The notes: generated by a model from the letters alone, not told the origin. A stretch of 64,000 nt of DNA from a virus (IMGVR_UViG_3300044695_006747:1-64000), one strand, 5' to 3'; shown: positions 1-6,818, numbered from the stretch's first letter. Numbers and translations are program-made.

Positions 1-42
1 TATTGGTCGTGGTGAGGACGCTATCCCCCATAGATTAGCATT

Positions 43-70
43 ACTATACAGCGTATAAGCCCGCTGTCAA
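43..70 (-). promoter_or_regulatory. sigma70-type promoter TTGACA-16-TATAGT
   Basis: Minus-strand hexamers with 16-bp spacer; target lies off the window edge. Confidence 0.6.
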
Positions 71-74
71 CCCC

Positions 75-499
75 ACGCTGCATAACAGCCGTAGGTTTAT
101 CGTAATGGCTTATCCTAATCTAGTCCCAGGCATGGACCCACGAAAGTTTATGACTAGACAGGCTCCTTACTGCAACTTTCCCAGTGTGACGATTCTTTAA
201 CATCTCTTGGCGAGTTCTCTCGTCTAGTCTTTGTATTGTAAATGCGGCGGGATTTTACCCACACTTCCCTCTGGGGGTCTAACGAACGATGATGGTAGTA
301 CTCCCTCTCACCGTCGGCTGCTCAACGCTTAACCTACGCATTATGTTTTAAGGGACGGATGGATTCGTTGATGCTATGGCGTCACAGGCATCTGCCTCAG
401 CCCGCGCTCTCAACTTGACCATCTACTTCACTACCGTTTACCGGGAGTTGCTCACGCAACCTCGCAGTCCCTTTTGATTTGTCAATGATCGCTTCGAAC
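75..499 (-). ncRNA. Candidate structured ncRNA
   Basis: No ORF over about 25 aa follows the promoter at 506-533. Several helices: AAGGGAC/GTCCCTT, GTTGC-GTGA-GCAAC (GNRA loop), CGTAGGTT/AACCTACG, GACTAGAC/GTCTAGTC. Confidence 0.35.
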
Positions 500-505
500 T
501 CATGT

Positions 506-533
506 ATTCTACAATCTATTATCGGCTTGTCAA
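506..533 (-). promoter_or_regulatory. sigma70-type promoter TTGACA-16-TAGAAT
   Basis: Consensus hexamers, CCGATA in spacer, AT tract upstream. Confidence 0.8.
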
Positions 534-556
534 GAAAAAAAATCCAGAAAAAAAGT

Positions 557-600
557 CTGCCATTTTGGCAGAAATCGCGGCCCCTCTGCCATTTCGGCAG
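557..600. repeat. Palindrome pair 1 (CTGCCATTTTGGCAG-N14-CTGCCATTTCGGCAG)
   Basis: Direct reading; spacer AAATCGCGGCCCCT. Confidence 0.95.
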
Positions 601-612
601 GCGGGGTTTCTT

Positions 613-1101
613 TTAGGCTTCTACCTCATCATCAGCAAAAAAGTCTGTCAAACCAAAATCATTCCAAATAGCAATAGGAATCATATCCTTATTAGTATAT
701 TCGATATAGTTATCAAAACCATTATCATAAATACCACAAAAAGCCATACCCGGCTCAAAATAAGAAGCCTTTACATTATAGCCTAACTCTACCAGTTTTT
801 CATACAAACCAGTAGGAGGAGCCCAAGCACTATCGAACGTGGTACTAACTTGATTACCAACCCGTGTAGCCTTCAATCCATGCCATTCTTCCCTATCTGT
901 ACCAATATCAGCCCCAATATCCCACTTGGTTCCCCAGTTATTCACACAAAAATCATACCATTTTCCATTGTCATAATAATCTTCTGGCATAGGAATAAAC
1001 TCATTGCAAACCTTGCCAGCATTGTATGCTCGCTCAAAACGATCCACCATAGCGGGATCAGCGTGTTCAACGGTCAACTTGTTCAAGCACCAGTTGGGCA
1101 T
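613..1101 (-). CDS. YubB/DUF1281-type ferredoxin-like domain protein
   Basis: MPNWC N-terminus, WYDFCVNNWGTKWD, FDSAWAPP and Y-x-EPG motifs typical of this family; GGAAG upstream. Confidence 0.7.
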   Translation of the reverse strand: MPNWCLNKLTVEHADPAMVDRFERAYNAGKVCNEFIPMPEDYYDNGKWYDFCVNNWGTKWDIGADIGTDREEWHGLKATRVGNQVSTTFDSAWAPPTGLYEKLVELGYNVKASYFEPGMAFCGIYDNGFDNYIEYTNKDMIPIAIWNDFGLTDFFADDEVEA

Positions 1102-1112
1102 TTTTTCTTCCT

Positions 1113-1292
1113 TTAGTTTACACTAGGACGGGGCAACGGACGATCCACAAACAGCATAACGGTTTCCGCAATCTTGTCAATACCACTAGCAATCGTTTCG
1201 TATTGTTCTTCAGTATCCATACCGCTCATGCTGGTACTAATCACACAACAAGCAAACGTTTCCAAAATCTTAGCCAACTCGTCTCGTGTCAT
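1113..1292 (-). CDS. Hypothetical protein, 59 aa (MTRDELAKILETF...)
   Basis: Hand-translated; GGAG RBS; promoter at 1313-1340. Confidence 0.6.
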   Translation of the reverse strand: MTRDELAKILETFACCVISTSMSGMDTEEQYETIASGIDKIAETVMLFVDRPLPRPSVN

Positions 1293-1312
1293 TTTTGTTC
1301 TCCTGTGCTACG

Positions 1313-1340
1313 ATTCTACACTAATGTTATCGGTTGTCAA
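1313..1340 (-). promoter_or_regulatory. sigma70-type promoter TTGACA-16-TAGAAT
   Basis: Consensus hexamers, CCGATA in spacer. Confidence 0.8.
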
Positions 1341-1816
1341 GCCACCATAGCAATAGTTTTTCTGTGGTAGATTGTGGTGATGATATCCTGATTTTCCGCA
1401 TAGAACTTACGAGTTTTCATACTAGATTTGATCTGATCTTTAGGATACTTACAAATATACTCATAAGCATCCCTTACATGATCTTGTGACCAAAATCGGT
1501 CAACCAAATCCCCACACCGTACAGAAAACAGTATATCCACAAAACCCCGCTTATCCAGCACAATAAACAGAAAACGAATTTCTCTTTCTTCCCTGCTCAA
1601 ATCATAATACTTGCTAGGGTCAAGCCACTGTAGATCGGCCTGTTTCTTGCACTCTACCAAACAACCCAGCATATCATTACGATAATCGTACAACTTATGG
1701 CTAGAACGCTCCCATCCGTCAACCCTACTTAGAATAGAAGAAAGAATATTTTCCTTCCCCCCATAACCCTTCAGATTAGCCCTTGACAGGTTGTAAATTT
1801 GTTTTGCGGTGAGCAT
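1337..1816 (-). CDS. Hypothetical protein (likely leaderless)
   Basis: 159-aa ORF; ATG 6 nt downstream of the -10 box. Confidence 0.65.
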   Translation of the reverse strand: MLTAKQIYNLSRANLKGYGGKENILSSILSRVDGWERSSHKLYDYRNDMLGCLVECKKQADLQWLDPSKYYDLSREEREIRFLFIVLDKRGFVDILFSVRCGDLVDRFWSQDHVRDAYEYICKYPKDQIKSSMKTRKFYAENQDIITTIYHRKTIAMVA

Positions 1817-1822
1817 GATTAG

Positions 1823-1850
1823 AGTTTACATCTAAAAGATTTTTTGTCAA
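1823..1850 (-). promoter_or_regulatory. sigma70-type promoter TTGACA-16-TAAACT
   Basis: Hexamers with the same 16-bp spacer. Confidence 0.65.
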
Positions 1851-1856
1851 CAAATC

Positions 1857-1896
1857 TCGCTGACAACACCCATACCGCCCAAATCCGAAGGATTAG
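1857..1896. repeat. Class B upstream element, copy 1
   Basis: GCTGAC-N16-AAATCCGAAGGATTAG; aligns with 3496-3535 and 5155-5194. Confidence 0.7.
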
Positions 1897-1905
1897 CAGA
1901 AACAG

Positions 1906-1977
1906 CAGCCCCGTGGAGAATCGAACTCCAGTCTCTAGGATGAAAGCCTAGTATACTAACCACTATACGACGGGGCC
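1906..1977 (-). tRNA. tRNA-Glu (anticodon TTC), CCA not encoded
   Basis: Acceptor GGCCCCG/CGGGGCT, D-loop AGTGGTTAG, anticodon stem CTAGG/CCTAG with loop CT-TTC-AT, T arm TGGAG-TTCGATT-CTCCA, discriminator G. Confidence 0.93.
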
Positions 1978-1980
1978 AGA

Positions 1981-2136
1981 CTAACCAACCATTTTCTCAA
2001 TCCAAATATAACTACCATACTTATCCTGAGCCTTACGCATAGCATCGATTTCGCTCAGAGCAACAACATAACCAACAAATCGATTGTGTTGAAAAACACG
2101 CCACGAATAACCAGCATAACAGTTTGTAGTAATCAT
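1981..2136 (-). CDS. Hypothetical protein, 51 aa (MITTNCYAGYSW...), likely leaderless
   Basis: Hand-translated; ATG 6 nt from the -10 box; stop 3 nt before the tRNA. Confidence 0.6.
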   Translation of the reverse strand: MITTNCYAGYSWRVFQHNRFVGYVVALSEIDAMRKAQDKYGSYIWIEKMVG

Positions 2137-2142
2137 ACGTTT

Positions 2143-2170
2143 ATTCTAACAGTTGTTATCGGCTTGTCAA
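2143..2170 (-). promoter_or_regulatory. sigma70-type promoter TTGACA-16-TAGAAT
   Basis: Consensus hexamers, CCGATA in spacer. Confidence 0.8.
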
Positions 2171-2183
2171 GAGGAGAACTTTA

Positions 2184-2227
2184 TTGCCATTTTGGCAGAA
2201 ACCGCGGCCGGCCTGCCATTTTGGCAG
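2184..2227. repeat. Palindrome pair 2
   Basis: TTGCCATTTTGGCAG-AAACCGCGGCCGGC-CTGCCATTTTGGCAG. Confidence 0.95.
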
Positions 2228-2245
2228 AGCCTTAGCACAACCCCC

Positions 2246-2653
2246 TCAAAAGAGGAGGCTGGCCAAGCCGGTCTTGAAAGCAACCCCACCCAAGAGGGGA
2301 CGACGCACGTTGCGTGTACGCTCTGCGTAGAAGTTGCGAATCTTACCATCGGGCGTTTGGGCAGTCACAAGATGACGGCTACGCTCAAAGTTAGGATCAT
2401 CCTTACGATAGCGACTCTTGCTATTCAGGCGAGAAATGTAATCGTCAGAAAAACGATGCACTTCCAAAACCTTAGCCATGAATCGCTCAGGCAAACCCGT
2501 AACAGGCTGAACATATTCGAAGTTATAAACACTGCCAATCTTAGCATTCGTAAGCGTATCACGAAGACCACGATAGATATGAAACAGGCTGAAAGCCACA
2601 AGGCCAGCAACCACACCACCAGCAAACACAGCAAACATCGTAAAATCGTTCAT
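2246..2653 (-). CDS. Hypothetical protein with N-terminal membrane anchor
   Basis: Start moved to MNDFTMFAVF (AAGGA upstream, promoter 2694-2721); hydrophobic N-terminal segment. Confidence 0.65.
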   Translation of the reverse strand: MNDFTMFAVFAGGVVAGLVAFSLFHIYRGLRDTLTNAKIGSVYNFEYVQPVTGLPERFMAKVLEVHRFSDDYISRLNSKSRYRKDDPNFERSRHLVTAQTPDGKIRNFYAERTRNVRRPLLGGVAFKTGLASLLF

Positions 2654-2693
2654 AAGAACCCTTTCGTTTAGAAATCCTTCACTCAATAAAACT

Positions 2694-2721
2694 AGCATAC
2701 CACAAGAAAACTGTTTGTCAA
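2694..2721 (-). promoter_or_regulatory. sigma70-type promoter TTGACA-16-TATGCT
   Basis: Hexamers with 16-bp spacer. Confidence 0.65.
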
Positions 2722-3059
2722 GCCTGAACTGTTGCAGGCACCACACTTTCCATAAGATTCTTGGCAATCTCGTGGAAGTTGACAGCACAAACGCTAGCGT
2801 TCAGCAGATCGGCCCAAACCGTTCCGGTCACGTTAGCGTCATTCAAAATCCGTTCCATTTGATCGTTATGCTTCTCTTTGAGTTTTTCGGCCAGAATACA
2901 AGCAGCATCCTCGACCTTGCTAAAATGAACCTGTTCGGATGCTTGGTGATTATAAACTTCCTCAGCAAGCCGACGCCAGTACGCACTTTTCGATTCCGTG
3001 TTGTCGATCCACAACTGAACAGCCCACGTTTCGTAGTTAGAGTAGCCGTTGTAAGTCAT
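2718..3059 (-). CDS. Conserved phage protein of unknown function (YNGxxNYETWxxxLW motif)
   Basis: MTYNGYSNYETWAVQLWIDN start resembles a motif common in small phage proteins; AGGA RBS. Confidence 0.7.
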   Translation of the reverse strand: MTYNGYSNYETWAVQLWIDNTESKSAYWRRLAEEVYNHQASEQVHFSKVEDAACILAEKLKEKHNDQMERILNDANVTGTVWADLLNASVCAVNFHEIAKNLMESVVPATVQA

Positions 3060-3086
3060 TGTTGGTTCCTTTGGGGTGATGCTTCA

Positions 3087-3114
3087 AAGATACCATATAG
3101 ATCGACACTGTCAA
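3087..3114 (-). promoter_or_regulatory. sigma70-type promoter TTGACA-16-TATCTT
   Basis: Hexamers with 16-bp spacer, TCGATC in spacer. Confidence 0.6.
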
Positions 3115-3137
3115 ACAGAAAGTTGAAAAAATATTTG

Positions 3138-3181
3138 CTGCCATTTTGGCAGAAATCGCGGCCCGCCTGTCATTTTGGCAG
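3138..3181. repeat. Palindrome pair 3
   Basis: CTGCCATTTTGGCAG-AAATCGCGGCCCGC-CTGTCATTTTGGCAG. Confidence 0.95.
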
Positions 3182-3427
3182 ATAGGCTATTTCCTGACCG
3201 TTTTCGATCATAGCAGCATAAATAGCGATACGCTTATCTTTCTCTCGCTTCTCGATCTGATGATCGGTTTCTACACTGTCGCGTGAGTCACACTTATGTT
3301 CCAGATCGGCCAGCGAAACACCATCGGTGCGATTATCGCGGAAATCTTCAGGAAGCCAATCGTTTGGAACAACAATAACATCCTTGATCAGTCGCTCAAA
3401 CTCGGCCATCAGTTCGTAACCGTTCAT
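3170..3427 (-). CDS. Hypothetical protein
   Basis: 85-aa ORF, GAGGAG RBS; stop codon lies inside the palindrome. Confidence 0.65.
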   Translation of the reverse strand: MNGYELMAEFERLIKDVIVVPNDWLPEDFRDNRTDGVSLADLEHKCDSRDSVETDHQIEKREKDKRIAIYAAMIENGQEIAYLPK

Positions 3428-3450
3428 CTTTTTCTCCTCTTGATGAATAG

Positions 3451-3478
3451 ATTATACATTTAGAATCGGCATTGTCAA
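3451..3478 (-). promoter_or_regulatory. sigma70-type promoter TTGACA-16-TATAAT
   Basis: Perfect hexamers. Confidence 0.85.
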
Positions 3479-3495
3479 CAAAAGAAAACGGTTTT

Positions 3496-3535
3496 TCGCT
3501 GACTACAGCCACTCTCGCCAAATCCGTAGGATTAG
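3496..3535. repeat. Class B upstream element, copy 2
   Basis: GCTGAC-N16-AAATCCGTAGGATTAG. Confidence 0.7.
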
Positions 3536-3541
3536 GTAGGA

Positions 3542-3715
3542 CTAGTCGTAGTCCCTCATCGCTCGCCGGTTCTGGTCGCCGCGAGTTCGGCCACGCTTGG
3601 GGCGATTGTCGTGAGAGCCGCTACCGCTAATATGGTCGGAGTGTCCGCGACTCACTTCCCAAATCGGCTTCACATTCAGCCGAATCGAATCGTACTTTTT
3701 ATTTCGCTTGCTCAT
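3542..3715 (-). CDS. Small basic His/Arg-rich protein, 57 aa
   Basis: Hand-translated MSKRNKKYDS...GHSDHISGSGSHDNRPKRGRTRG; directly behind promoter 3725-3752. Confidence 0.6.
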   Translation of the reverse strand: MSKRNKKYDSIRLNVKPIWEVSRGHSDHISGSGSHDNRPKRGRTRGDQNRRAMRDYD

Positions 3716-3724
3716 GATGCCCTG

Positions 3725-3752
3725 ATTCTACACTAGTATCGGCCAGTGTCAA
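3725..3752 (-). promoter_or_regulatory. sigma70-type promoter TTGACA-16-TAGAAT
   Basis: Consensus hexamers, CCGATA in spacer. Confidence 0.8.
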
Positions 3753-3776
3753 TAGAAAAATCCAAAAATATTTTTC

Positions 3777-3820
3777 CTGTCATTTTGGCAGAAATCGCGG
3801 CCCCGCTGCCATTTTGGCAG
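3777..3820. repeat. Palindrome pair 4
   Basis: CTGTCATTTTGGCAG-AAATCGCGGCCCCG-CTGCCATTTTGGCAG. Confidence 0.95.
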
Positions 3821-3833
3821 ATCGGGGTTGTTT

Positions 3834-4166
3834 TCAGTAATCCTCGTTATAATCGCCGTAGAAACCGTAGTCCTCATCGGTTCCCCAGCCAGCACTGGCG
3901 AGGCCGGATTCGTGGTCGCCATCCATGCTGTCATAACCATCATCATCATAACCCTCATCTTCATTCATTTGATCACGGATTTCATCCAGCTCGTTTTCCG
4001 GCAAACCCCAAAAATCATTGTGATCATCATAGTTCACATCATCACGGTCGTGCGACTCATCATCAATCCACGGATAAATGGTACGCTCGGCCATCTCGTC
4101 GAAACGGTCAAAAGAATCCTGGCTCATCGTGTTCTCCTCATCGTGAAGGGGATCGGGGTGACTCAT
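3834..4166 (-). CDS. Highly acidic hypothetical protein
   Basis: About one third D/E, no Lys; C-terminal DGDHESGLASAGWGTDEDYG. Confidence 0.65.
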   Translation of the reverse strand: MSHPDPLHDEENTMSQDSFDRFDEMAERTIYPWIDDESHDRDDVNYDDHNDFWGLPENELDEIRDQMNEDEGYDDDGYDSMDGDHESGLASAGWGTDEDYGFYGDYNEDY

Positions 4167-4187
4167 GACTTATCCTTTCTACACTAA

Positions 4188-4388
4188 TCAAAACCGGTCG
4201 TCAAGGGGAGCAAACTCGTCAACAATGCCGACCACTTCGGCCCAATCCCAAAAGTCGGTCAGGTTGCTGGGATCATCAATCGGCTCGACCATCGGCTCGA
4301 CCGTACCATCGTCGGCCAGTTGAGAGAGCAAAGCGTTGATCGTGTCGGTATCATCGAGCAGACCAGCCATTCGCGGAAACTGATTCAT
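4188..4388 (-). CDS. Acidic hypothetical protein (MNQFPRMAG...)
   Basis: Start moved to the ATG with GGAG RBS behind promoter 4418-4445. Confidence 0.55.
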   Translation of the reverse strand: MNQFPRMAGLLDDTDTINALLSQLADDGTVEPMVEPIDDPSNLTDFWDWAEVVGIVDEFAPLDDRF

Positions 4389-4417
4389 CGTCGTTTCTCC
4401 GTTGGGGTGATGCTTTG

Positions 4418-4445
4418 ATTCTACAGTTAGATATCGGCTTGTCAA
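4418..4445 (-). promoter_or_regulatory. sigma70-type promoter TTGACA-16-TAGAAT
   Basis: Consensus hexamers, CCGATA in spacer. Confidence 0.8.
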
Positions 4446-4478
4446 GCAAAGAAAATGTAGTCAAAAAAAAGATTTTTT

Positions 4479-4494
4479 CGGCACACCGTTTGCT
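4479..4494 (+). promoter_or_regulatory. sigma54 -24/-12 box CGGCACACCGTTTGCT
   Basis: Matches YGGCAC-N5-TTGCW; 3 bp before a palindrome pair. Confidence 0.65.
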
Positions 4495-4497
4495 AGC

Positions 4498-4541
4498 CTG
4501 CCATTTTGGCAGCCGGGCCGCGGAAACTGCCATTTTGGCAG
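4498..4541. repeat. Palindrome pair 5
   Basis: Two exact CTGCCATTTTGGCAG; spacer CCGGGCCGCGGAAA. Confidence 0.95.
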
Positions 4542-4551
4542 CCCTTGATAT

Positions 4552-4629
4552 TTAGTGGATTAGGTAAACTGTGAGGCATCCAAAAATAAATGAACCACCG
4601 AAAATAATAATAAGATTATACTTAGTCAT
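4552..4629 (-). CDS. Small membrane peptide, 25 aa (MTKYNLIIIFGGSFIFGCLTVYLIH)
   Basis: Hand-translated; start overlaps the stop of the upstream peptide; AGGA RBS. Confidence 0.45.
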   Translation of the reverse strand: MTKYNLIIIFGGSFIFGCLTVYLIH

Positions 4630-4729
4630 TTTTATTCCTTATAGGAAAAACAAGATCACAAACAACGTAACTAGCAATAACGCCGCAAGCAAATCCCACA
4701 CCTATTTGTACCCAGTTCATATCGGCCAT
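4622..4729 (-). CDS. Small membrane peptide, 35 aa (MADMNWVQIGVGFACGVIASYVVCDLVF...)
   Basis: Hand-translated; hydrophobic core; purine-rich leader. Confidence 0.45.
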   Translation of the reverse strand: MADMNWVQIGVGFACGVIASYVVCDLVFPIRNKND

Positions 4730-4747
4730 CCCTTGCCCCTTTCTTTA

Positions 4748-5050
4748 TTAGGAGTTCACCAAAATATTATCTTCAAACTCTGTACCATCCTGCAAAAACC
4801 ATTCATACTTTCGCTGGTAAACTTTCACAGGAGAATACTGATTGATTCGCTTTTTCGTGGTATGGGTATGATATCCGCCACTATTCAACTTTACAAGCCC
4901 ATTCGGATAGAATCGTACAACGGCCGTACCATGCAACCGAATAGAAACACTGTTATCGTACTCGATTTCCGCATAGGTATTATTACCAACTTTACGAGTC
5001 TTACGATTCGTCTTACCGTGAACCAGAGTAACCGCTTCAGTATAGTTCAT
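4748..5050 (-). CDS. Conserved hypothetical phage protein (MNYTEAV...SGGYHTHTTKKRINQY)
   Basis: Start moved to the ATG with GGAG RBS. Confidence 0.65.
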   Translation of the reverse strand: MNYTEAVTLVHGKTNRKTRKVGNNTYAEIEYDNSVSIRLHGTAVVRFYPNGLVKLNSGGYHTHTTKKRINQYSPVKVYQRKYEWFLQDGTEFEDNILVNS

Positions 5051-5088
5051 TTTTCTACTCCAATGAAAGCAACCAAACCACACTAAGA

Positions 5089-5117
5089 ATCATACTACCC
5101 GCAATCCACACTGTCAA
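5089..5117 (-). promoter_or_regulatory. sigma70-type promoter TTGACA-17-TATGAT
   Basis: Hexamers; only intergenic copy with a 17-bp spacer. Confidence 0.55.
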
Positions 5118-5154
5118 TACCAATCCGATCAAGATTTCCATTAGGCCCTCATTT

Positions 5155-5194
5155 TGGCTGACTATAGCCCACCTTGCCAATCCGATAGGATCGG
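5155..5194. repeat. Class B upstream element, copy 3 (degenerate)
   Basis: GCTGAC-N16-AATCCGATAGGATCGG. Confidence 0.55.
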
Positions 5195-5224
5195 ATAAGA
5201 CAAATCAACCCCCACAACAGGGGA

Positions 5225-5440
5225 CTATGAAACCCCCATCCAAGCGGCATTTTCCAGACAGTAAATATAAAACATATCATTCAGTATTTCCCGATAGTTA
5301 CTATCGGTCAACCGACGACGATCCCTAGTAGACTCACATTCAGCATATAGCCTACCATCTGGCGTGCCGATAAACGTCACGTTATGGCTTTCGCTTCCCC
5401 AAATCTGCTTCAACGCATCACGAAACTTGTTGATTTCCAT
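5225..5440 (-). CDS. Hypothetical protein (MEINKFRDAL...)
   Basis: Start moved to the ATG with AGGAG RBS behind promoter 5472-5499. Confidence 0.6.
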   Translation of the reverse strand: MEINKFRDALKQIWGSESHNVTFIGTPDGRLYAECESTRDRRRLTDSNYREILNDMFYIYCLENAAWMGVS

Positions 5441-5471
5441 TTTTCTTTCTCCTGCTACTAGGTATATCGGT

Positions 5472-5499
5472 ATTCTACCAGCCATCCCTTGAATGTCAA
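5472..5499 (-). promoter_or_regulatory. sigma70-type promoter TTGACA-16-TAGAAT
   Basis: TTGACATTCAAG subtype; CCGATA just downstream of -10. Confidence 0.8.
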
Positions 5500-5532
5500 A
5501 CAAAAAAAATAGCAGAATAATATTTTGTGGTT

Positions 5533-5548
5533 TGGTACGGATTTTGCT
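5533..5548 (+). promoter_or_regulatory. sigma54 -24/-12 box TGGTACGGATTTTGCT
   Basis: Matches consensus with a C-to-T variant; 5 bp before a palindrome pair. Confidence 0.65.
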
Positions 5549-5553
5549 GGTGG

Positions 5554-5597
5554 CTGCCATTTTGGCAGAAATCGCGCGCCGCCTGCCATTTTGGCAG
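5554..5597. repeat. Palindrome pair 6
   Basis: Two exact copies; spacer AAATCGCGCGCCGC. Confidence 0.95.
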
Positions 5598-5609
5598 TAT
5601 TACTTTTCC

Positions 5610-5837
5610 TTATGATGCCTTACCAGCGTATGTAATATAATCTTCCCTATTATTATAACCATGATATCTATATGTAGCACAAGTCATAAACTGTATTACA
5701 TCTTTCATCTTATCAAAAGTGTAACAAGCATGAGTAATCTTACTACGCAGAACATACTTTACAATCTGGCCATCAAAATGCAGATTATAGTTATTCTCTT
5801 CTGCTTTGTTCTCAATATCAACGATTCTATATCTCAT
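5610..5837 (-). CDS. Hypothetical protein (MRYRIVDIENK...), AT-rich
   Basis: AGGA RBS at the end of the upstream ORF. Confidence 0.5.
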   Translation of the reverse strand: MRYRIVDIENKAEENNYNLHFDGQIVKYVLRSKITHACYTFDKMKDVIQFMTCATYRYHGYNNREDYITYAGKAS

Positions 5838-5850
5838 GTTACTATTCCTT

Positions 5851-6024
5851 TCAGCCAAACTGCTCATACTCTTCATCACTCAAATACGGCTCATTTGGAC
5901 GATAGCAGTTGTAACTACCATAATGGTCAGCATTAGTCTCATAATCACACTCTCGCCCACAACGCGAACAAGTAGGCTCATAATCAACAATATCAACCCT
6001 AACACCACAACAGTTACTATTCAT
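5851..6024 (-). CDS. Small Cys-rich (zinc-ribbon-like) protein, 57 aa
   Basis: Hand-translated MNSNCCG...CSRCGRECD; GAGG RBS. Confidence 0.6.
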   Translation of the reverse strand: MNSNCCGVRVDIVDYEPTCSRCGRECDYETNADHYGSYNCYRPNEPYLSDEEYEQFG

Positions 6025-6026
6025 AC

Positions 6027-6218
6027 TCAAACCTCTGCGTAATCGGTCAACTGATCCTGATTAAACAGTCCGAACTGACCATTTTCATCCTTAACAAAAA
6101 ACATAACAAGCGGCTTACCATTCTCGATAATAACATCGAAACTAGTAACAGTAACCTTGCGACCCGAAAGAGTCTTAGCGGTTATGGTCATGACGCTGGT
6201 AATATCGTTGGTAATCAT
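6027..6218 (-). CDS. Hypothetical protein
   Basis: 63-aa ORF abutting its neighbours. Confidence 0.55.
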   Translation of the reverse strand: MITNDITSVMTITAKTLSGRKVTVTSFDVIIENGKPLVMFFVKDENGQFGLFNQDQLTDYAEV

Positions 6219-6227
6219 TTTTATACC

Positions 6228-6299
6228 TTAGAGCGAGAGATAAACGGCCGAAACCACACTGAACAGCATAACAAATGCAAGAGAGATTGTCAAGACCAT
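6228..6299 (-). CDS. Small membrane peptide, 23 aa (MVLTISLAFVMLFSVVSAVYLSL)
   Basis: Hand-translated; GAGGAG RBS; fills the gap exactly. Confidence 0.4.
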   Translation of the reverse strand: MVLTISLAFVMLFSVVSAVYLSL

Positions 6300-6308
6300 T
6301 TTTACTCC

Positions 6309-6548
6309 TCAAACCCCCACACTAGGGGGACTACTCTTGAAGTTGAGTCGAGATTGCAAATGTAACTCGTCAAGAACGAAACCGACCGCACGATCCCTGC
6401 TACCACGGAAAACGTAGTATTTCATACGAATATCGAATAGCGAAACCGTGCCATCCGTTTCGGGATGCACAGTAAAACCGGCACGATAAGCGTAACCATT
6501 CAAGCGACCGGCGACAGTTGAGCGGGAAGGGATTTTCTTGACTTTCAT
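6309..6548 (-). CDS. Hypothetical protein
   Basis: 79-aa ORF, polypurine leader, promoter 6570-6597. Confidence 0.65.
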   Translation of the reverse strand: MKVKKIPSRSTVAGRLNGYAYRAGFTVHPETDGTVSLFDIRMKYYVFRGSRDRAVGFVLDELHLQSRLNFKSSPPSVGV

Positions 6549-6569
6549 TTTCTTTCTTTCTTTCCTACT

Positions 6570-6597
6570 ATTCTACCAAACTTTTCTATCTAATCAA
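6570..6597 (-). promoter_or_regulatory. sigma70-type promoter TTGATT-16-TAGAAT
   Basis: Hexamers with 16-bp spacer. Confidence 0.65.
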
Positions 6598-6614
6598 CCC
6601 CCACTATTGTGGGA

Positions 6615-6818
6615 CTACCATTGATTTCGACGATACTCGTCGTACTCCTCCTGCTCCTCACGACGCTGGCGAGCGGTAACAGGAGGGCCATAGCCCTCGT
6701 TGTATGCGTCAACAGCCGCATCGTAAGCCTCACCGCCACCATCATCACAATGCTCACCGCAACGGGGGCAAATATCCTGAAAATGAACCGGAACACCACA
6801 GCAATCACTAATAATCAT
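6615..6818 (-). CDS. Small Cys-rich (zinc-ribbon-like) protein
   Basis: SDCCG...CPRCGEHCD; promoter 6856-6883. Confidence 0.65.
   Translation of the reverse strand: MIISDCCGVPVHFQDICPRCGEHCDDGGGEAYDAAVDAYNEGYGPPVTARQRREEQEEYDEYRRNQW

Noticed and set aside
150-345. Group I intron core in the ncRNA candidate
   Set aside because: AGACUAGACG and UAGUC resemble P7, but J8/7, J6/7 and P3 fit poorly and there is no interrupted gene; needs cmscan
1153-6293. Intragenic TTGACA..TATGCT matches at 1153-1180 and 6265-6293
   Set aside because: Inside coding sequence and lacking the CCGATA and upstream elements; not listed as promoters without TSS data
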